Shown here one piece after another: positions 52,069 to 61,118 of a DNA stretch of 64,000 nt. Every line of letters begins with the position of its first letter. Position 1 is the first letter of the stretch. The stretch is from NCBI GenBank assembly GCA_049724395.1, contig JAUGWO010000042.1, forward strand, positions 186,001-250,000, given 5' to 3'. Below the pieces are notes generated by a model. The model made no database searches, was not told the origin of the DNA, and was given only the letters and a program-made list of their open reading frames with translations. A program made the translations under genes and the position numbers. Source of the DNA: Spongospora subterranea f. sp. subterranea. Lineage: Eukaryota.

Positions 52069-53628
52069 TCAAAGCAGCCGGAAAAAAGACTCGAGCCCTT
52101 GCCCAATTTCCCATATCTGGACCCCAACTTTCAAATTTCGGGCCAATAAAACGCGTTCAAGGATCGAGCTAGGGGTGGGATAAAAAACTGAATGTTGGTA
52201 CCCATCGTCATCGTCATATTCGAACACGTGCTCACGATCAACTGAGAGGTATTTCAATGGCTGATCCATTTTTGAATGATGATGCATCAGCTAATGATGA
52301 CGTTAGTGGCGAACTGATATATAGAAATGGTCATTTCTAACCTGAAGATATGAATCTCCAGTGATAGATTCTGGAGAACTAGTAATTGGCTCACCGATTT
52401 TTCCGAGGTAATCGTACCCGTAAAAATTCAATCCTAATAAGACCTTGCCCGATTCCATGTTTGATATTGATTGAAGCCGTTCTGTTGTGTTCTTCACCCA
52501 TTGATAAGGCGCGTTGGGGCCGATCAAATTCCTGTTATTGTAGTCATAAGTCATGAGGACAATCTGGTCTACATGCGGGCTCAGCAGTTTGATATCCTCG
52601 CTATTTATGATGATCAGCTCTCACAAACATACGAAATGTGTGTCGCTTAACCTAGAAGATATGGTCGGATGGGGTGAAACCACAATAACTATGCGCTTCC
52701 CTGCGCTTCTCAGGGCACTACTCAGCATTACCTGTTCATAACAACATTATGTCAGCACTTATTTTGGGCATGACGTGCCAACTAACCAGAAAAGAGTCAA
52801 CAAAATCAGGAATGTTGACATTCTGAAGTTTAGCGCTGTTTTGAATCTGTTTAGAGACCATCATTGCTTGAATAGCTTCCAAAACTAGGCCGTCAAAATT
52901 TTGTTCTTTAATTTGTTTCATTATTTGCTTGACCAAAGGTCGCGGATTTAACAGCATCTCGTAGATAGATTTTGCAGTCCAACCTTCCATGACAAACCTG
53001 TGGTTCGGAAAAACATTGACGATGTATAATTGAGTACCAAATCAACGCCGAACCTCGGTATGATTTTTGGACCAGATTGCGCCCGAAGTCTGGACAACCA
53101 ATCATGATCAACATCATGGCCTCCGGTAATCTCTCCGCTAGTTGCCTACTCTGAATATGTTGGAAAGTAATTGTATCTCGGTTACCTTGGCTTTATCTGA
53201 TACCAGACTGGCGAAAGCATTGTGAACTTGTGACTGAACTGTAGAGCGAAGGTGAACCCTTTTCGGTTCCATGGAGTGATAAACCCAAGGACTTCTGTTG
53301 AAAGTACTCTTTTACCGCCATTGTAGAGTTTGTTCACCTCAAATATTTCTCTCGCCGTGGAATTCTCTCCTAGCCTACGCAGACCAGAATTGGACGTCAA
53401 TCCTATTGCCACTATCGTAAGCACGTACTCGACTATATCATGTTCTGGTCGGCAGATGACATAGGCCATGATAACTGCCGAGCCGCACGCAAGGACACCC
53501 AACCACCATATCCACGGGCGAGTTTTATCTTGATAATCAACATTGTTTTTACGATGGTGCCAGCGCTGCTCATTATCCTTCCTATATTGTGATCGGTTAT
53601 TGGTGTTGATATGAGAATGACCCCCCAT
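52069..53628 (-). CDS. CHID1: Chitinase-domain-containing protein 1 (GH18-like, CHID1/SI-CLP), multi-exon
   Basis: VLGFITPWNRKG...KFTMLSPVWYQI, DHDVDHDWL, FDGLVLE, MTYDY...GPNAPYQWV, VLLGLNFYGYDY, VFYPT...IWEIGQGLESFFRLL. Confidence 0.92.
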
Positions 53629-54186
53629 GACGATAATGAGGTTATGCCCCAAGTTATCACTGGGGCTATAGAGGTGTCCTAGCGTGCGGCTCGGCTGTGG
53701 GGTGTAACAAGTACAAGTAACACGTGTACTCTGGAAAAACAGAGTTTCGAAATGTTGTAACACGTGTTAGGGTCCCGCACCATCGAACATCAATCATTAC
53801 TTCATTACGGGGTGTCATCGTTGACGATCCCAGGAATTCAACATGAGCTCTTGATCTGGTCCGCGGGCTCGGAGCGAGACGCTATTCCCGCCGCCAATAA
53901 CTACCAGGCTCGCCATGATTCATATTCACCACTATATTACGAGCCGAGCACCAAACAATTCTTGATTCGTATTTTGGCAGTGCAGAAAGTCGCCAACGGT
54001 CCGTCCATAAATGCAACAGAAGCTGTACTATTGCCGCAACGGAATGGTGAACAATACACTTTAAGCCTGTAGTGTAAGAAGCTTGATTCATAGTGCTAAA
54101 TTAGTTGAAGATGCTTCAATTTTCAGTAATGGGCTATATTTCACTAGCGCTCAATAACTGGCTTAATCTGATCGTTGTACTCGGGT

Positions 54187-54939
54187 TCATATTCTTCGAA
54201 TGACTTTATCAAAGATGACTGCATCAAATGAGATCTTATCAGATTTCGTGTGTCGTGGTTTTCCGACGGGCGAAACTTGAATCAACACCCTAGGTGCTCC
54301 CTTGAGTTTTGATTGCTTGGGTAAATGTGGCCTATTCCTGTCTGCTTGCTCCTTCTGTTCATACACGAATACCCCGCGTCCTTGAGGGCGAACCTCTTCC
54401 CCTAACCTATATTCGGTCTTTCCATCAAACAATGAGAAGAACCGTCCACCAACAACCCCAACAATCTTATAATAATATTGGCTAACGGTACTCTCCACTG
54501 TCTTCTTGCGAATGTTTCCGATATCGTCCTGTGCTGATTTCAATTGAATGGATTTCGAATCACGAGTGCCTTTGGTCATTATCAGCGAGGTGATCAGTTC
54601 AGTTTCGACGCGAGCACGATATAATATCGATTGAAGCCATTCCCGGTGACCTGGCTTTGACGACTCGGGAACGTCCATGTTCACGAGTGATTCGATGGCC
54701 GCCCATCGTTTGGCCAGGCTATCATGCAAACCCCGCCAACTAATCTGGTTCCTGACGAAATCAGCGATTCGGTCCACGTCGCCGACCAAAATCAAATCAG
54801 ACAGTTGACTCCGAAATCGCCATCCGCCCTTATCGCTCTCCATTGTGTGTTGGCAATCAGGATATTGGGATTCAGCAAGGTCGTACCCTCGATATTGTGG
54901 GATCGTTTTGCGGAATGAATCCAGTTGATGTCCCGACAT
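54187..54939 (-). CDS. Intronless hypothetical protein with a compact conserved-looking C-terminal domain
   Basis: 250-aa ORF; C-terminal YYKIVGVVGGRFFSLFDGKTEYRLGE...GVFVYEQKEQA...APRVLIQV...KISFDAV. Confidence 0.7.
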   Translation of the reverse strand: MSGHQLDSFRKTIPQYRGYDLAESQYPDCQHTMESDKGGWRFRSQLSDLILVGDVDRIADFVRNQISWRGLHDSLAKRWAAIESLVNMDVPESSKPGHREWLQSILYRARVETELITSLIMTKGTRDSKSIQLKSAQDDIGNIRKKTVESTVSQYYYKIVGVVGGRFFSLFDGKTEYRLGEEVRPQGRGVFVYEQKEQADRNRPHLPKQSKLKGAPRVLIQVSPVGKPRHTKSDKISFDAVIFDKVIRRI

Positions 54940-55001
54940 TGAACACAAAACAGCAACACAGTTTCGTGGAAACGCTGTCGGGCATTAGTGAATAATAGCA
55001 A

Positions 55002-57116
55002 ATGAGCGTTGACCAATCGGGGCACAATGATGTGATCTTGGTTGCAGGATTACACGAGACGGTTTCGACAAGGAAATGGCTCCCGCCACTCAAACTGAAA
55101 GAATTCCGATTGAATATGGCTGATATTCGCAAATCCCATGTTCTTGTGAACATGTTTAGACCCGGTCTGGGATATCGTCGTGTGTTGATCATCGCCAATT
55201 GCCTATAACGATGCTGTTAAGGTGGATTCACCGAAGGGATCGAGAGGCGCGCCGTCTTCCCGACATTATCGGCCAATGCGCTTTCGTTCATCGTTCAGTA
55301 TCTTCAAGGGCGACCTTCAGATCCACCGGATCTTCTCATGGCGTGTGAGCTGCTCTTAGTCGGGGAATATTTTCAGATTGTTCCTTTCCAGCGATTCTGC
55401 TCGAAATCCATTGCTAAGCAGTTTTTCAGGTTACGATCATTCGGTTTATTACCAGATCATCTAACGCGAATGATATTACGAGAACTGGACACTCTTCACC
55501 TGTGTATGGCCGAGCAGATCTTGATCCGGGAAAGGCGAGTCGGGGGATTCGATATGCAATCGCTCTGGTGCCGAATGTTCAAGAACCGCTTCCCGAAAAC
55601 CATCCTTGATCACGTTGACCCGAAATCGTATCTGGTTCAGCATTATATCGACCAGTCCATATCGCTTTATCAAAACAAGGCGTCGTCGGACGGCGCTGAG
55701 TTGAAGGAGGGTTCACGGTTGGGTGGATTCTGGGAGAACATCTCGCTCATGGCGCCATATGTGCTCAGATTAACATTGAGAAATCCAACACTGAACGAGG
55801 CGACCCTCTACTCAATCGTGGTCAGACTCGGCGCCGCGTCGGAACTGCACCTCGAGATGAACCAGCTCGGGCCGTCGTCCGGCAAATCCATAGCCAGAGC
55901 TGTTCGACACCATTCCACCAGGGTGTTGACCGAACTCGACCTGGCCGATTGCCAGATAACGGCGATCGGCCTCAGAGCGATCGCCAGTAGTTTGTTGCAG
56001 AAACCGCCAAGATTGGCGCCAATCTCAACCGCATCTTCAACGGGTGACGACAAATCCCCAGTTCTTCACCTGTTCATCAGTTCTAATCCGATCGGCGACG
56101 CCTTTCTCTTTGAGTTGTCCAATCACGTGTTGACGGTCACTTCCTTGAACATATCGAACAACAATATCGGTGAGAGAGGCGCTGAAGCCTTGGCGATGGT
56201 CATCACCAATATGCGATCCCTCAAGCGCCTATTCGCCAATGGCTGTGACCTGGGAGGGGATGGCGTCATCTCTCTTGTTCAGGCCCTAATCCGTTCACGG
56301 CGACAGCTATCGCATTTGGCGATCGCCGCCAATATCGTCCAAACGGACCGATCCGATATCGGCCATGATCTCCATATCCTCCTCAACACCTGCTCAACTT
56401 TAGAGTATCTCGATATTGGCGGGAACAAGCTCAGGACCAAGAACTTGCTGAAAATCGGCCTGGCTATACGATCGGCAGTGAACCTGAGAGTATTGTGTTT
56501 GGGATCGGTTCATCTCGAACGAGCTATACAGACGTTGGGTTTAGGGTGTCAATACTGTCGAACTTTATCGTCATTGATTATAGCCGATTCCTGTTTATCA
56601 CCACAGGCTATGGTATTTGTCGCCTCCATCATAGCGTATACCCCAAACCTTAGCGCCATCGACATCTCTGGCAACGACATTGACGGGAACGCGTCCGAGG
56701 TGCTGGCGTCGGCACTCGGCCAGACGACGACACTATCCTCTTTGACGATCAACGGTAGTTCAGGGGCTATTCTGAGTTCTGGATCAGCGATCAACATAAT
56801 CAACGGTTTATCTCGTTCCGTTTCCATACAGAAGCTTTCGCTCTCTGGTCATTCTTTCGGCAATCCCGAATGCGTTGCTGTAATTCATTTGATCAGCTCG
56901 TGTCGATCGCTGCAATATGTCAATCTTGCCGGCAACCGATTGTCAGACCATGGCCTTGAACAGATTGCCGCGTTCCTCAGCGATCATCTCAATCCCAACA
57001 CCAGGGAAGTCACATTGGATTTCCGACAGAACGGGTTAACGATCGATTCGAGGATCACTGGGAATACTGTTAAATCCAGGTGCCCAAATGTGATCATTAT
57101 AGACGGTTCAGTGTAA
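55002..57116 (+). CDS. Elongin C/Skp1-like + Elongin A/BC-box-like + RNI-type LRR fusion protein, 2 exons (intron 55165-55221)
   Basis: Splicing joins ORF 55002 in frame to ORF 55338: SHVLVNMFRPG|GFTEGIERRAVFPTLSANALSFIVQYL...ACELLLVGEYF, then VPFQRFC...FGLLPDHLTRMIL...DMQSLWCRMFKNRF, then >10 LxxLxLxxNxL repeats. Confidence 0.85.
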
Positions 57117-57572
57117 AGTAGGGAATTGGCCCCAGGTCCCCTCAATCAGATTTATATTGTGGTTTACACTCCGTTTGTGGGTTCATCTCAAGAATCGCAT
57201 TTTCTTCCATATTTGCTAGAGCCTGCCTATCGATGATGAGATGTGGTTATATGCGACTAAATGTAGGATATGATCTCCACCAACAACACCAATCAAGACC
57301 AAACTCATAACAGAACACCACGTCGTGATTGGGTTGTTAAGGGCCATTAACATATGAACTTAGTCGCTCGTTCCTATTTCATTCAATACCGTCAATTCAT
57401 CAAATATTGCTCTGGATTGATATCTCGACATGTTCAAGGACATGATATGGCGTTATATTTCGCCTGACCTGATCCTAATGCCGATCCCGATCGGTCCCTG
57501 TCGATCATCTGTACGAGCGGTATCCGCTCCCGATCCCTTGCCTTCGCATTTCCAACCCACGGGTCATCAAAT

Positions 57573-60500
57573 ATGCCAATCACCCTATCGCCATCCGATC
57601 CTTTCCCTTTGTTATCCCATCCCGAGATCACCCCTTCCCCCTCCTCGTCGTCCTACTCCCATCTCTTCACCTCCTGCCAATTGTCCCATCATGGTCTCCC
57701 CGACATCGCCCCGTTATCCCCATATCCCGATCTACAATTTGTCGATATATCGTATAATCATATAGACTCATTATCCCCATTATCATCATCACAGCACCTT
57801 CGTTATCTCAACGCCTCCCACAACCATTTATCCTCTTTCCTCGACGTCCCATCCGAATCTGATCGTTATCCCCGACTATTAACCCATGTTGACCTATCTC
57901 ATAATCGTATTCATTATCTCGATAATCAACTTCACCGATTTCAGTATATCTCTCACCTTAATATCGGGTCGAATCGAATCGCGTCTCTAACGCCGTTATC
58001 TGTCCTGGTCAATCTCGAACTTCTCGACGCGTCCAACAACGATCTAATCGATATCGATGGGGTCTATGGTCTGCCGTTATTGGTCGACCTCTATCTCTCC
58101 GATAATCGGATCGGCTCGCTATCGCCATCGGCTGGCGCCGCCCAGCGACCAGAGCAGCTCGTCACTCCATCGCTGCGATATCTCGATCTGTCCAACAATC
58201 GGATCGACTCGCTCCCATGCCTCGGTCTCCTTCTATTTTCCCAATGTTTCCGTCCTGAATCTGACCGGGAATCGCATCGGATCGATGGGCGGTATCGGCC
58301 ATCTATCGGATCTGTTGATGTTGAGGGACCTCAATCTGCTGTCGAATCCGATCATGGCTGATCCCGAGTTGCTCAGCGAACTCCTGTTTGTTCTTCCCGA
58401 TCTGCAGCTGTTCAATCGAGCCCACATCACGTCGGAACAGGTCCTGCAGAGTGAGATTGACCATGGACAGCATTCCCATTCCTACGAGGGAATCCGATTA
58501 TATCACGAATCGGGAACGCCAAGCGGATTCCCATCCGATTCCCAGATCGACCAATACTGGATGGAATGCGCATCTGGATTGTTCCTATCGCCCTGGGAAA
58601 AATTCCTATCGCAATCACGATCGCAACAGTCGTCATCGATGGCGCTGAACGGTATTCACATTGGGATGGTCGGAGTCGGGTCGGTGGCGAACGCGATCGT
58701 TGATCGGGCCGATATTGTGTCGATCAATCTCGATCATGGGCTATATCCAGGTCGTTGGTCATCGACCTGTTTGGCGGCAGGATTCCGGGATCTGCCAACA
58801 TTGCATCTGGAGAGTTTGTCGCTGTCGGACTGCCATCTCGACCATAATGACGCGGTCGCAATTGCGAAGGTGGTGTCAGATTCACCCAGGCTCAGACACC
58901 TTTATCTGGGGCACAATCAACTGGCGAACAATATTAAGCAAAATATCGAGGATGGGCGAGAGATCAATGTAAGAAAAACGCCATGAGAACACGTTACACA
59001 TTTACTGGCAATGTAGAGAGTTTCTGCACTATTCATTGCTGTTTGTGATTTATTTGCCAGAGCCTCTTTATCAATTCATGGATGATGCACTGTTGTTGAG
59101 GATATTGGTGTGTTTTCAGGTTGGCGATTTCCCTGGTCTCAAATCCCTGATCAAGGCGATATGTGGATCGTCTTCGTTAGAGGTTGTGGATCTATCCGAT
59201 AATGGTATCGGATCCAGCCCTGATATATCCTCCCTATTATCCTCTCTATTTCAACCCCCATCTCATCTAACACATCTCAATCTGTCACGAAACTTCATCG
59301 GGTCATGTCGTTCCTTGTTCATGAGCATGTCCCAGACCCGTTCGATCGCCAATATAACTCTGTCGTCGTGTCGTTTATCGTCAGATATCGACCTCGTCTC
59401 GATTCAATATCTGTTCAGGAGTATCTCTTTGAACCCGATCATCACCGCAATTGATGTATCAAATAACATTATCGGCGACCAAGGATGTGAAGCGATTTCC
59501 CAGTATCCAGCACCGCATCTTGCCAAGATATCGCTGAGGAATTGTGGTTTCGGCGATCCCGGTTTGAATTCGATAGGGCGGTGGATTCCCAATATGACGT
59601 CGTTGGTTGATATCGATATCTCTCATAACACTGGACCTTGTTCGTTATCATTATCCTCGTTTATCACCAGATTATATGAGTTACCCATTATTCGCCGCCT
59701 AGATCTCACTCAATGTCGTAATCAGGAATCAGTGTTGGACCATTATTGTCACTTACCCGGTTCTGGGTCCTTTCCTGATTGTCTCCTATCATGTCCTCCT
59801 AATGATATGGCCTCTCTGACCCGTATATCTGGCGACGCCTTGCTCACCCTCTCGTCGTCGTCTACAACCCATATCGACTTGGCTAATCACCGCTTTGCCC
59901 CAGAACATCAACAAACCATCTTATCGTCAATCATCGCCATCAAATCACTTCAAACCCTCAACCTCCACAACTGCAATCTCTCATCAGACGTCCTCGCCCT
60001 GATCATATCATCTCCTCGTCTGGAATCCGTCAATATTGGCGGTCTCCAGTCCCCTTGGCCATCCTCCAATCCATCTCTCACCCATATCTCCCTATTGGAT
60101 CTTTCTGGTGCCCGCTTGCCCCATCTCGCCGAGGGCCTGGCTCTGTCAATTGCCGGCGGCTCATCGCTAAGGGAATTGTGTCTACATGGCGCTCGTCTTG
60201 GGTCTGATCAGGCCATCCGGAACCTCCTGGAATCTCTCACCCAGTTACACTCGTTGGTGCTGTCAGATTGTGCCCTTAATGATAGCAACATAGAGGATCT
60301 GGTCGCACTCCTACCCACGACAATGACGAAGATGATTACGTTGGATCTATCGTCGAATCTCATTGATCACGATTCGATGAGATTGATTGCGGCTGTTTTT
60401 GCCAATAACTTGTATGACAATCTTTCTGGGCAATTTTTTGATTGATGTTTTTACGAACCAAAGTATGATTCGAGTGTTGCACTTTTATTATGGGTCAATT

Positions 60501-60983
60501 CGACTGATCTGACAACCTGTTCTCGTGTAGGACTCATATACAGCGGTTGCGATTACCAGGTTTGTGTCGATTCACCTTGCAGCAGATAGATACAGACCGG
60601 TTCGACGGCGGTCGCGACTTCCTTGATTTATTCGATAGTGTCATCTCCGACAACACATATCTAATCGAATTGGACGCGTCTGACGTTGTGACGACCCCGT
60701 TATCGTTAGATCAGGTGAAAGAATACGGATTACGATCTGCTAAAACTTATGTTTCTCATTTCTGAGACAGAGAATTCGATTAAAAGACTGCTTAGTGCAG
60801 AATCAAGCGAGTCGATTATCGAGTTTGATGAGCGGATTAGGGCAGGGTTGTGCTGAACAGTCGGAACCTGATGATAGCATTAGCAATAGTATCGCGGCCT
60901 GCCTGGCAAGCAACAGGCTTCATGACGGCATCGTTGCGGATCTATGTCCTTGGGATCGCATTGCTCGTGTTTCATCATCATAA
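57573..60983 (+). CDS. Large LRR protein (SDS22/LRRC23-like N-terminal repeats + RNI-like repeats), multi-exon, with an apparent +1 frameshift near 58236
   Basis: ORFs 57573..58361, 58057..58986, 59036..60445, 60547 and 60795 form a colinear LRR series (LQFVDISYNHI, LRYLNASHNHL, LEVVDLSDNGI, etc.). Confidence 0.82.
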
Positions 60984-61118
60984 AATAGGAGTATCGATTA
61001 CCAAACAATTGCAGGACAACAACAAAAATATGTAGGAAAATTTCACATGCTTTGCTCAGGTGAACGGCTGGGAACTTTTGAATTTAGTTATAGCGTGTTT
61101 AGTTATAACTCTTTCCAG

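Noticed and set aside
32009..57116. Functional cluster of ubiquitin/proteostasis genes (PSMA2, F-box, ATAD1, UBC6, Elongin-LRR)
   Set aside because: They are spread over 25 kb among unrelated genes and belong to abundant categories; there is no evidence of clustering beyond chance.
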